The notes under the pieces: generated by a model
Told to the model about the DNA's origin: nothing
Database searches by the model: none
The model's input: the letters and a program-made list of their open reading frames with translations, nothing else
Shown: positions 27,132 to 39,200 of the stretch, piece by piece
Numbering within the stretch: position 1 is the stretch's first letter
Layout of the letters: every line of letters begins with the position of its first letter
Assembly: GCF_033153115.1 (NCBI RefSeq)
Contig: NW_026889750.1
Coordinates: 29,760,001 to 29,824,000 of the forward strand
Source: Saccostrea echinata
Taxonomy: Eukaryota
Length of the DNA: 64,000 nucleotides
Direction of reading: 5' to 3'
Program-made: the position numbers and the translations under genes

Positions 27132-28651
27132 TATAACATTTTTTTTTCAACATCAGCCAAGGCCACAACTTGGTCAAACAAAAAATGGCTACAGTCTACA
27201 TTTAAAGATCAGTACTTTGAATATTATCAGGAAAGTCTTTATTTCCACCATAAACCATTATTATTTATTTCACAGATCTTAAAAAATATTGAATTTTAAA
27301 AATGTCACAAAAAAGGTGTTGCACTTCTGACATTTTTAGCATCATTTTTGGGCATATATATATATATTTTTTTTGGGGGGGGGGGGGGAATTAAGATATC
27401 AATGAGATATTTGCCAGGTATTTAGATACTATCTAAAGACATATGCTGAGACATAGACATTTGTTCCCATTGCCTGTACTTTTAGTGCAGGTTGAAAAAT
27501 ATGTGTTTGGTCATTTTTATTAATTCACCCTTAAGTCATATGCTGACTGACGTTTTTTCATACTAATTGTTAGGCCATTATTTACACACTTGTCGACGGA
27601 CTTTTCCGTTATTTCCCGATCATGACAAGGAGCACACGGCGGATGTGACCGGTCGGCAGGGGATGCTCACTCGTCCCATGGCACCTGATCCCATCTCTGA
27701 TGTTTTAGAGGCCCGTGTTTGCTCTGCTCCTAAATTTGTATTGTTTAATAGACTTTTGAGCTTGAATACTGTTATTTCCATACACTTCACTTTATGGTCA
27801 TAACTATGGCATTGGTCATGCCTAGGTAAACTTGAGTGAGAATTTGGTAACCTTTTGAACTTAAGAAGGAAAAAAAGCTTTTAGGCCTAATGATATTTTC
27901 GGATCCTTTGTAAAAATATTGACTCCTGTTGTGATCTTATACTTTGCCCTAGAGATGAGACTTTGACAACATTAATCATAATTATAGGCATCATGCTGAT
28001 TTGTATTCTATAGATCTGATCTAGCAAACTTGATTTCAAAGAAATCTTTTTCTACGCAATTTTATTGAAATCTTGTGTCTTCCTCTAGATTTTTTTTGGG
28101 GGTGGGGGTGGGGTGGGGGTGGGGGGATATGTAATGATTTTATGTAATCATCTGTGCAAAGATGTCTGTTTCTTACACACCAAACAGTTTTTAAAACTGA
28201 GGTCTGTCTTAAGATATAATTAATTTGTTGAAAAGGATGTATTCGCTATAACAAAAGATTTGACCTATAGGAGAGAACAATTTTCCGGAAAAAAGTCACA
28301 TTTTAAAAAAATCAATGTTCTATAGTTGTTTTCTATCGTGTATTTGTCGAAATTTTTCAAATTAATTTTGCATTTTGAACCTAAAATTGTTTATTTGCAC
28401 CTTTGATATTAACCTCCAAAGTTGGTCAAAATAGTATTTTGTCCGTTAAAGCACTAATTTTTGCATGAATTTTGGCATAGAAGTCCTTCAGGGCAGGCCT
28501 GCCCCTAAATTGAATTATGAAATTTTGATAGATTTTGATCTAAGAAATAATTTAAAACAAGATTTTTTCGGGGCACCCATGCCCTAGGGTCGAAATTCGT
28601 AGAAAACCTACACAAAATGCGAAAACCTATTTCTATCATACTGGTTTATAT

Positions 28652-30490
28652 CACTGTAAAAACTGTGTTTAGAAAATAAACACTTTCATTACGTGTTTAG
28701 ACCTAAACGTGTTTAATATTATATATGTTTAAAAACTAAACACTTACGTTTTAACATGTGTTATATCTAAGCGCGTTTAGATATAATACGTGTGTAGATA
28801 TAAGTGTTTAGATATTGAACACTTTTCTTTGAAATACAGAGTTATCTTCCCGGAAATGACGCGTATATTTTTGAACGTTGATTAGAGCGGTTATCGAAAC
28901 AAAGAAAATCCCAATGTAAGCTAAAGAAGATGTATCAAAGGGTGTGAATGATAACCAAAGTGATAACCATGAAGAGATTTTGAAGGACTTTTGAAAGGCA
29001 TCTTATTACTACGATAAAGTTCTGTTTACTTTTTTATTTTACATGAATTGACCACAATGAGCAACGTAAATATAAACATGCAGTTACACATTAATGTAGA
29101 TCAAGATTTCCTTCGGTTATTTTGCATTCATGAAAGCTAGAAAGGAGTTTATCCCATGTTTACCCCTTTATCCTGTGGATATGACTCATTGGATAAATTT
29201 TTCATAATCCACAGTTGTGACCTCACAATGGTTTTTGCGTTAGCGCGATGAAGTAAAATAAAGTGGAGTCCTATATAAAACAGTGTAAAACATTGGTTGT
29301 GAAGTATTAAACATGGGATAAAAAGAATCTCCCATGATTTGTAGTTGGATATGACTTTTATCCAACTCGTTGTGTGTTTTTATCCCCTCGCCAAGGCTCG
29401 GGGATAAAAAACACACAACTCGTTGGATAAAAATCATATCCAACTACAAATCATGGGAGATCCTATATATCTATATCGAATTTCATTAAAAATATTTATA
29501 TCAGTAAATAGTACTATATAATAGTTAAATGAGTTTCACTTAAAGTTGCACAATAATGTCTATCAAACAAATGTAAAATTTAAGTGAGGAGCATACTTTT
29601 ACTAATATTTAAATTTCTTTCTTACAGGATATGGTCCAGATCGAACTTAAAAGCAAAAACACATGTATCAGAGTAACTGGTGTCATCTCCAAGTTCAAGT
29701 GCATTTGTTGTTACAATTCAGCATTTCTCACATTCTAAAGGAAACTGGAATTTGAAAATCTACTGTTCGGTAGTTTTGAATATCATTCTTGTACATTGGA
29801 AATGGATTACTTCCTAACTCCTGACAGTCATGGATGGATACAAATCATACACTGTATGTGTTGCTAGTGAAGGACTTGCTGAACGTTAATAAATTTGATG
29901 AACCTTTTGTTACTGATGTGAGGAGAAACTGCTTGCTGAGCTGATTAATATTGAAATTAACTATAATAAATGATTATGTTTAAGCATACATGTATATTTA
30001 ATTTGAAATTCCTTATGATAAATCTATGTTTAAATGTTCAGTGATGTTATTGATAGTTGTTCCTTTCTTGTGACATGGGTACCTTTGAAGTTAAAAATTT
30101 TGTTAACTATATGTACGTACGAGTGCATTAATATGCTGTACTTCTAGTAAACTTATCAAATACATTGAGTTTTCTTGTAACAGTTTATCATGTAAACAAT
30201 TGTTCTGGAACCAATGTTGTAGAACTAAACATGTTAAGCAACTTAACACCTGAAGTTAAAATTTGTTTAGAAATGAGACGTGTTTAGAGCTAAACGTGTA
30301 AATAAAAAAGTGAAACAAATTATGTGTTTAGCTAAAAGTGTTTAGGGATTAAACATGTTTAGCTACTAAACACATGAAGTCTACGTGTTTAGAAATGAGA
30401 CATGTTTAGAGCTAAACGTGTAAAAAAAAAAAGTGAAACAAATTATGTGTTTAGTTTTGTGTTTAGGATCTAAACACTGTTTTTACAGTG
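28652..30490. mobile_element. CACTA/EnSpm-like non-autonomous element A
   Basis: TIRs cactgtaaaaac..tgtttag / ctaaaca..gtttttacagtg, many subterminal gtgtttag/ctaaacac repeats, flanked by TAT. Confidence 0.75.
29327..29461. repeat. 135-bp hairpin, Crypton-like terminal structure nested in element A
   Basis: About 60-bp arms atctcccatgatttgtagttggatatga... / ...tcatatccaactacaaatcatgggagat. A ctcg core recurs in direct orientation in both arms and in the loop. Confidence 0.6.
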
Positions 30491-31171
30491 TATTTATGAC
30501 GTATGTGTTCATAGTCAATATAGCTCAGAAAGATAGACCGCAGACTCTCACCATGAACATTTTTTGTGTCCTGGTTTAAATCGACCTGTTGGCATTTTTT
30601 TCTTCAAATTTTTAACCTGTATAAACACGAATTTAATTTTTTCTATACAGGCTTTTGCATTTTACTTCTATTTTCTTCCTTAAATGTATGTTTGCTGTGG
30701 ACATAGAAACATTTATGGAAATGCAGATCATAAATTCTCTTTAATTAAACGCAATCAACCAGAACTATACCTCAGTGTAAGCACACTTTGTTCGAGGACA
30801 CAAATCATTCACTTTGTGTTACTCGATACTGCAGGTGTCACGAAAAAAATCATGCCGAGCAAAAGTTGCTGCGTTTGTCTTTCAAGAACATCTCTGGGTA
30901 ATAGTACTGTTGTTCCAGTGGGAGAGATACTGCTCTATGCAGAGTAGATGCAGTTCATTCCTAGGGAAAATTGTGTGCATTGGAGACATGTTATGCCAAA
31001 AATGCAGGAGGGTTTATTTACAGATTTAAAAAGAGTGTGGTAAGGTCAGTTAAGGTTTTATGTCCCGTTGCCATTACCCAGGCATTAAGTAAGGACTCTC
31101 ATACAAAGGATGTATCTGTAAATACTGAGGGAGGGTCAGATGAACACACAATTGACTACAATAAAGTGATA

Positions 31172-32450
31172 CACTGTAAAAAATGTGTTTAGATGATAGA
31201 CACATTTCTAAGCACATTCTTGTCACACTTTTTTTAATGCGTTTAAATTTTAAACATGTTGAATTTCAGTACGCGTAATGGAAAGTGTTTTAAACATAAA
31301 TACATACATGTTTAGAGTTTAAACGCAATTCTAAACACTTAGATTCGCGTTTAGAAGCTAAACACTTCAATGTTTTAAACAAGGATCTGCAAGAAAACCA
31401 AAATTGTAACAGGTGTGTCCGTTTCAAGTTTTATTTACTTCTAAACATCATATTAAAATGATAAAAAAAGGCCTAACACACAGTAAAGTGTTCTCACGGA
31501 ATCATTGTCCAGTGGAATTCCTTTTACTTGTGAATGGTTTCCATTGTTTGTCACAAAGTCTTTTAGATGTTTTGACATATGAAACTATCTGGCATCTGAA
31601 GAGTTAGTAACATCCAAGTTGTTGAATTGTCTGCATTTTGTACCAGTAGCACAATACAAAGCAAATATATATGTAAAAGACTCCAGCTATGGTGTGCTTC
31701 TTGCAGTGTGATGCAATACGGATCACTATTTCAAATCCGTCGTGATGTAAACAAAGCAGCATGTTATCTGGATAATCTTGAAGGTATTTTCTACGGCAGT
31801 ATAATTCACATCCATATATTATCAGAAATGAATTTTGTTCTTTCTCTCGGCTATCCAATTAACCTGTAAGAAAGGACGTACGTTGCATAAGTAACAGTAT
31901 GTGCTCCTCACTGAACATGCTGAAGTTTTACATCAATTACTAAGCATATAAAAAATGTTTAAATAAATATTATTGCAACTATAGATTCAATATTTACTCT
32001 CATTAATGAATACATGATATGACACCGAAAGACATCCTTGATATAAAGTGCAATGTTATTTACTTTGCTCATCATGTTTATTTTATATAAAAACAAAAGC
32101 ATACATACCCTATAGCAATAACAATGAGCCTTTCACATGTTTTTCACTATTTCTGCGGTGGTTGGCACTCAAATTCTCATCAGCTTTCTTGAAAACATCG
32201 TTTACTGTTTTGTTGTGATTTTCTTTGTTTCGACAACCGCACTTATTAACGTTCAAATGTGTATCATTTCCGGGAAGATAAATCTGCACTTGACCGAATT
32301 TAAAACAAAAAAACATGTTCAATATCTAAACGCGTATAGATTTTAAATACATTTAGATATCAGTGTTTTGTTTTTAAACACAATATCAAACACGTTTAGA
32401 TCTAAACACGTAATGGAAGTGTTTATTTACTAAGCACATTTTTTACAGTG
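31172..32450 (-). mobile_element. CACTA/EnSpm-like element B with transposase remnant, inverted relative to A
   Basis: ta|cactgtaaaaaatgtg...cacattttttacagtg|ta. Minus-strand LCLHHDGFEIV..ASHCKKHTIAGVFY resembles the EnSpm transposase motif LY.DDFE..NPLGS...KHK...Y. Confidence 0.75.
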
Positions 32451-32604
32451 TATACATGAGAAACAAGAAACTACACGCATGTGGCCTAAAGTCAGCGACC
32501 GGAACGGATATCGATAAGCTTTTTCTAAAGACTGAAACCAATATCGGCCCTATAGGTCATCGCATATATTTACCTAGAAGTGATCCTTTCTCCACAAGAA
32601 AATA

Positions 32605-32811
32605 CTGTGAAATCACTAATTTTCGTGGGGTTTAATTTTCGTTGTTTTCGAGGTACAAAGAGACCCACGAATTCATGATCACCACAAAATGTAAAATTCC
32701 ATGTACATAACTACTCGACACTTCTCCAACCACGAAATTCAATCCCCACAAACCAATACTTTTTTCTCAAACCTCGAATATTTGACCCCACGAAAATATG
32801 TGATTTTACAG
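32605..32811. mobile_element. MITE (ctgt...acag ends)
   Basis: TIRs ctgtgaaatcac..attttcgtgggg / ccccacgaaaat..gtgattttacag. Confidence 0.7.
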
Positions 32812-33235
32812 TGATGTATTAATGTGTGTATTCTCATTAGTGATAAAAACTAGGGATATTATAATTCTTCCATAAGATTTGATTATTTATCATGACTTAC
32901 TCTGCATGAATAGTAACTTTACTGGATAAGTTAAGATAAGTTTTGTAAATGGTAAAATGATTTAATTGCTGGTGTGATCTGTCGACAGGGGATGCTTACT
33001 CCTCCTTGGAACTTGGTTCCATCTCTATTTTCAGCGTTTGGCTCTGATCAAAATGTGCATTATTTCATTGAATTTTGAGTCTGATCTCTGTTCGGTATCT
33101 TCACATTTCATTGCAAAATCAGAGAGAATGATATTCTTAAACAAAAGTATCACTAAACTGCATTGGATGAATTTTTCTTCTCTTCAAACAAGTAACTATT
33201 AAATGAATATGAATAAACAGAAAATATTTTAATGA

Positions 33236-33444
33236 GGCAAACTTTAAAAAATTGTTTGGTTGCCCGACCGACTAGCTAAAAATGGCCCGACTCGAATTTT
33301 TTTTTTTTGCATTCCGGATAATAGATTTTGAAATTTCAGCATTAATGTTGAAATTTTTTGGAAAAAAAATTTCACCTACCTACCGACCCAATTATTTTTA
33401 TCTTGAGTCGGGAGAGGGCAAACAAACATTATTTTAAGTTGGCC
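33236..33444. mobile_element. MITE with 3-bp TGA TSD (Harbinger/Zator-like)
   Basis: tga|ggcaaactttaaaaaattgtttggttgccc...gggcaaacaaacattattttaagttggcc|tga. Confidence 0.7.
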
Positions 33445-33669
33445 TGACTTCTTTCTCGGATATCTTCTCTACACCTTCATTCAACTTTTGTTAACTAGTA
33501 TTGAACAAAGCATCCTCATGCAGTTTGGATTTTTCTTACACATCGATGGGAGAGATGACCAAGATATGCGGTCAAAAGTTATACATAGAAATATGAAGAA
33601 AATATTAAGAATTACTTGCAGCATGGTTACATCTGGTTCTTTTGCAAAGTCACGTGATTATAGAATTTA

Positions 33670-33933
33670 CAGGCGCGGACCTTGGATTTTGCGTTAGAGG
33701 GGGCGCCATTAGATTCCGAGGGGATTTGATACCATCTAGGTCCTTAACGATCAAGGACAGCGAAGCCCCCGTAAGCTCAAGAGAATAGGCAATTAAAAAA
33801 AATATTTCGACACAAAATAATTGTTATTTACCTGTTTCATATCGATGAATGCCATTGGAAATTATCTTAAATATTTTTGGGTTGTTTTAGAGGGGGCGCG
33901 CGCCTGGAGCGCTCCCGCCTGAATCCGCGCCTG
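33670..33933. mobile_element. hAT-like MITE
   Basis: TIRs caggcgcgga...tccgcgcctg with GC-rich subterminal ttagagggggcgc repeats. No clean 8-bp TSD. Confidence 0.55.
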
Positions 33934-34129
33934 ATATAAATACATGTAGTAGGGTCATGCGTTAGCACGGCACTGTAAGCTCGCTCCTGGGGATTAAAGA
34001 GATATTAGTATTATAATGGCTAATATTGAAGTAATGGGGTGTAAGAAATTTGGGCTATACAGTTGTATTTTATTATTATATATGAATGCTTACCTGCATA
34101 ATTGAATAAAGCACTAGAGAGCAGCGTTC

Positions 34130-35335
34130 CTATATAATATGTTGTATTCATATTTGAAGTCTATGTCCACACTTTGTATTTCATACAAATATACATCGAC
34201 AATTGTTACAAACTTTTCAATTACAGAAACTCTACAGCGCCTAGATATCGAACTTTTGATACATAATCCTCCAACATGTTCATGTTCACCCTACAACTAT
34301 AGTCCTGCTGGACACATCATTACTGGTGACGTCAATATAGTTAATAATGAGGACCTTAAATCACTTATTTTAAAAGGGCCAAAATTTACGGAACTCCAAT
34401 CTTTCAACCGGCATCATAGTGTCACAAATATTATACATTCTGTGGAAAATTACGCCAGACGATGGGCCAAATATGAAAAAGAAGACCTTGACACTTTGTC
34501 AGAATGGATTAAAAGTATCAGATGGATGTTGAAATCTCGCATTAAGCAATTGAGGAGGGGGGGGGCAATATGAAAACCATCTATCCTTCTGTCTTCCACA
34601 ATGCAGAAATGAAACAAGAATTGGATAGATTACACAATCAGTATGTACTGGTCCCAGCTAACAAAGCAGGTAACAACATTGTCTTTGTTTGTAAGACTCA
34701 TTATTTCAACTGTAGTTTTAGAGGAACTAGGATTTAATTTTGCAAGTAATAATCCAACTTAAAATATATCCATAGCCCTTTTTAAGGAGGAAATTCTTCA
34801 AAATTCTATGTCAGTTTTAAATATTTTAAATATTCATAACAATCAAAATGAATTTGTATTACCATACCTATACTGGATTCCAAAACTATGAAAATCCTTA
34901 CAAACAATTTGAAACAAAGATACATAGTGGGTTCCAACAAGCTCTTTTCTTTACTCCTCACTAACATATTTACAGCAATGAAGGAGAAAAATCAGAAGTA
35001 CTGTACAACAATATATTCGAGAAGTGGTGTAAATCAGATGTGGATACTAAAAATTCCAAGGAACTTTTAGAAAATTTGAAATTACAAAATTTTATCAAAA
35101 TCAATAACATTAAAACGTCACTTCGACTTTTTAACATTTTATACAACCATTCGAGGCTTTTTGACATCATAGACAGATGCTTTTTCAGTAAAAATGGAAC
35201 ATGTAAATATACTTACCTTGTCATTGGTCATTTGCAAAATTATTTGTTAGAAACATTTCGATTGTACACACAGGTACTCTAAAGTTGATATTTAAAAGAT
35301 GCTTGAGCTTCTGATTGACAATATCTAATTATCTA
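34130..35335 (+). mobile_element. PLE fragment, pre-RT and N-terminal RT (Naiad-type inferred)
   Basis: PTCSC..YSPAGHIITGDVNIVNNEDLKSLILKGPKF.E, YVLVPANKAGNNIVFVCK, LPYLYWIPK and SRSGVNQMWILK, with frameshifts. Confidence 0.8.
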
Positions 35336-35694
35336 TGTAGGTAGAATTAAAACCACATACGAAATTAGACCGTCTTTATTGGGTAGGGAACAACATGAAT
35401 AATTCTACTATCGTTTATTTTATATATATATTCAAGCAAATTTCTTCTTATCTGAATCTAAATGGTGGTTTCTCCTAGTTTTTATTTCATGTTCTGTAGG
35501 ATATATCATTTCTATGCCAAATGTTAGATCCTGTATGAAGATTCTTGTCAATATATCTCGTCAAGATACTGACAAACAGTATATGACACATAGCAGGTCT
35601 GTAAATTTTGATACAGAATAAAGGTGATGTTACTACATTGTTTTTTGCATAACCCAGAACCCAATTTTCAAACAAACTTTTATTGAATTTTGAT

Positions 35695-35998
35695 CGTTTG
35701 TTTATTGTTTAACGTCCCTCTCGGGAATTTTTCACTCATATGGAAACGCCACCACTTGGCGGTGGGAGGGGGGCTGCAAATTTAGACCTATAGTCGGCAC
35801 TTAGGGCCATTGAGTAGTAAGGGATCTTTATCGTGCCAGCACCTACTCCGACACGGGACCTCGATTTATACGGTCTCATCCAAAGAACCGGTCTCCACAT
35901 CCCGCAGTGGGATTTGAACCCGCGATATAAGGATCAACTACTTGTATTGCAACTCTACAGCAAATGCTCTAACCACTGTGCCACGCCGTGCGGTGCGG
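35695..35998 (-). mobile_element. tRNA-headed SINE (Nin/Deu-like core)
   Basis: Minus strand has A box gtggcacagtggttagagc, B box gggttcaaatccc, core ggcacgataaagatccc and a simple-repeat tail. Confidence 0.75.
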
Positions 35999-36278
35999 CA
36001 ACTTTGATTAAGATCATTAAGTTTAGATAATGAAGTTTTTATTCTGTATTGTGACATTAAACAAATGTATAAAAGTACAAATAGTGTTTCAATAATGTGC
36101 ACCTACATTCCAGCTTATTCACTCCAGTCCACTTTCAGCATCTTTTGCTCCTATCTCGAATTGTTCAGAACATTCATGTTTCACTTTTAAACACTGTGGA
36201 TCAACTAGCATACGATGACATTAAGGAATGTAACTGTCACAATGGATATATTATCAGAAAGGTTATCCTGTGTATATT

Positions 36279-39200
36279 TCATTGCCAGTACTTAAATGGT
36301 TTGTAGATTATTTGAGGAGTATATGCAAATGCTGTAACTGGTTGCTCAAACCTGAAAAAAATTGATAAACTGTTTCGAAGTCTTAATAATTTTTTTAAAT
36401 AGCTAGATATTGAAAAAAATGTTTTTTTCTTTTAATGAAAGAAAGACTAACTTAGTTTTCTTTTCATTCACCATCTCCCTGCTGCCCTTTTCCTCTTCTT
36501 GCTTCTTGCGAAGATAGAACAGGCTGATGATGACCGTTACTAGAATAAAAACGACAGCCGCCGAGACACCGAGCCCAATGCTTAATATCATGCCGTTATT
36601 ATCTGGCAAATACATAGATCTAGATTAAATTCAATATAATATCATGTGCACCACAAAGGCACATAATACGCCCGAAAGGATAATAGGTTATTACAAATTA
36701 CTTTACAGCAATGTTACACCATGCCTGCGGATACATCAATGACAAGGCGTAATGATTCTAGGTCTTACATTGTGTAAGAAATTGGACACGATTTGATAAA
36801 ATATCCAAAACGCAGACACGGTCAATGACCAACTTTTGGGTCGAGGAGCCGTTTCCCCCCGAAAATGTTGATTCTAGGTCTCATCTGTTTCATATTTGGA
36901 TATTTTACTAGAAAAAGACGTTAATGGTAATCTAACAACAAAGCTATATGTTAAGCGTAATGACTTTAATTTTTCAATCGTCAATTCACTTACTTATGCA
37001 GCAATATACCCTAATCACCTGCATATGGGATGTATATCTCTCAGTCGATTCGATACGCAAGAGCATGCTCTACGTATGTACAATTTCTACAACGAGGTAA
37101 GTTATTGACAAACAAGTTGATGAAACAAGAATATCAACAGTTTCGTTTAAAGTCATTATTTCGTAAGTTCTATGGTCGATACAATGACCTTGTCAGTAAT
37201 TACAATCTATCATTAAGTCATATGTTGACTGATGCTTTTCATACTAATTGTTAGGCCATTATTTACACACTGAATTGTCGACGAATTTTCCCGTTATTTC
37301 ACGATCATGACAAGGAGCAGACGGCGGGTGTGACCGGTCGGCAGAAGATGCTCACTCCTCCATGGCACCTGATCCAATCTCTGATGTTTTTGGAGGTTCG
37401 TGCTCTGCTCCCGATTTGTAGTGTTTTAATGGACTTTGAGCTTGAATACCGTTCGTTATCTCCATATTTCATTGTGCAAGATATGGTCCAGATACCATTT
37501 GATTATGCGCAGGCATAAAATGCAAAACGAGGTCACAGCAAGCTTCTGTTGGCTTGAAACACATCTCTCACCCAAGATACATAAGCTCAGAAGGTTTGAC
37601 GATCCCAAGCGTCTTTATGGTGAAATATAAACACAAACAAAAAACTTACAGACAGACAGGTATACCATACCATAATAAGATGCGAAAAAAAATTATAAAT
37701 TCATATCATATGAAATTCAACTTGAATAGTTATAATTTATCTCATTAAACAACATGGAAATGGTCATCATATTTATTTTTTAATCAAACTGTATCAACAA
37801 TTTCAGGAGTTCTGTGTATATTTGAATTATGTCAGACTCCCTTTCACAACATAAGTCATTTTACTTACCTGGTCTAACGTTGTTTCTGGAAGATAAGAAA
37901 AAAATGATTTCAAACGTTCATCATATTTTTTTTCAACTGTCGACCTATTATTTTATTTATATTCTATACATTGAATTTAAACAATATAGCATCATAACAC
38001 CTATGTACTTACACACACATCCCAAGATCTTCATTGCAGTACTCCCTTATAGAACATGTCACATATAACTGAGCTATTTCACATGCACGAGTTTGTCGCG
38101 TAAACGTCACTAGGAAAAAATCATTAAAAGGTTTTATATTGCCACTACTTCTTTCTGTGTCACTTAATTAGAGTGAAAGAACGTCTAATTTTTTAATTAT
38201 TGTATGCTTTTATACTTTCAACATATACATCTATGTGAATCAAAGTGTCCATTTTAAAAATATATAAGAGATTTTCGTAATTCAAACTCCAAGAAGATAC
38301 TAGTACATGTAAATTTTTTATGTATCGTTAGAACGTCAAGTCTACGACAAACAGCAAAATAAGTGCATAACTCTGGAGCAGGTTTAACAGTTTTCATTTA
38401 CAAAATGTGAACATACCATTCTCTGTTCTGTCGTTTGTCATCAGGGTGACGTTAGAAAATGATGTGGTTGACCCTCCGATATTTATAGAGTTGCCCCCAC
38501 TGGACAGGTTGGACAGGGTTTTGGAGAGTGCAGCTGTACTAGCAGTTTTATTGTCCCCGTCTATCACCACATCGTGTTCCACGGAGATGTCGCTCAAAGA
38601 GCGGGTGCTTCGTTTTCTTCTGACTGTTTTGGGTCTAAATTTGATAGAAAGCCAAATAAACGAGTACACACTTAAAGAGAAAGAAAAATATTGCCATCTA
38701 ATTTTACTCACACGACGATAATGTCTTTAATATGAATGCTTTTGAAGTTGTTGACTTTAGATCTGTAAAAGTTTTCTAACTGAAAAGATAAAAAAAAAAG
38801 GTTTCTGTTATATTCAAATTAACGTTAAGTAATTACACAAATTACAACCATTTGAAAGCATACTTTTTATTTTCTTAAATACATTACAAGCAGTTCAGAG
38901 TTTTTAAATTCATATGGTCGGTCACCCTCTTGTAGGAAATCATCTTTGGCTTACTTTATTAATTATTATAAAAATCAGGTTAGAATACAATTTAACGAAT
39001 TGAGAGAAACAAGTTACTATGCTCAGAATACATTACACATATACTATACATGAATAAAATCAGAAAAACAAGTTCCATAACTCAAAATCGTGATCATCTG
39101 GCAAATAAACCTTTGTGTTGAAAATATATTTATTTCGTGATCATTTTTGTCTTTCAATAATAAAATTCATCTTATACTTGCCTATTAACATGTAACGCAC

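Larger units (their letters stand above)
21748..27530. mobile_element. Non-autonomous Kolobok-like DNA transposon (TTAA TSD, GGG...CCC ends), 5783 bp
   Basis: TSD TTAA at 21744-47 and 27531-34, TIRs gggtgaatta..aaaatgacca / tggtcattttt..taattcaccc, dispersed internal motif tgttgcactcctgac, no transposase ORF. RR..YY termini with TTAA fit Kolobok rather than piggyBac. Confidence 0.8.
20610..27800 (+). mobile_element. PLE RT copy (20610-21747, resuming 27531-27800) split by a DNA transposon
   Basis: NQMWILKNSKELL, QVFQQ.GI.MGT.CA.LLADLFLYSYEAEF, FRYIDDVLSINN, SNIPSSPAYG and KFYGRYNDLVSKYNLSL. The sequence continues after the insertion (tcattaa|gtcatatgctgactgac) and matches the uninterrupted copy near 37210. 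Confidence 0.85.

Noticed and set aside
36403-36471. Alternative C-termini for the membrane protein (intron read-through, or donor ATG|gtgaat)
   Set aside because: Donor AA|gttagt gives an in-frame 24-codon last exon followed by a polyA signal. The alternatives are less parsimonious but not excluded without RNA data.
37300-37385. SECIS in the PLE 3' tail
   Set aside because: AUGA is present, but there is no properly spaced apical AA or closing GA quartet.
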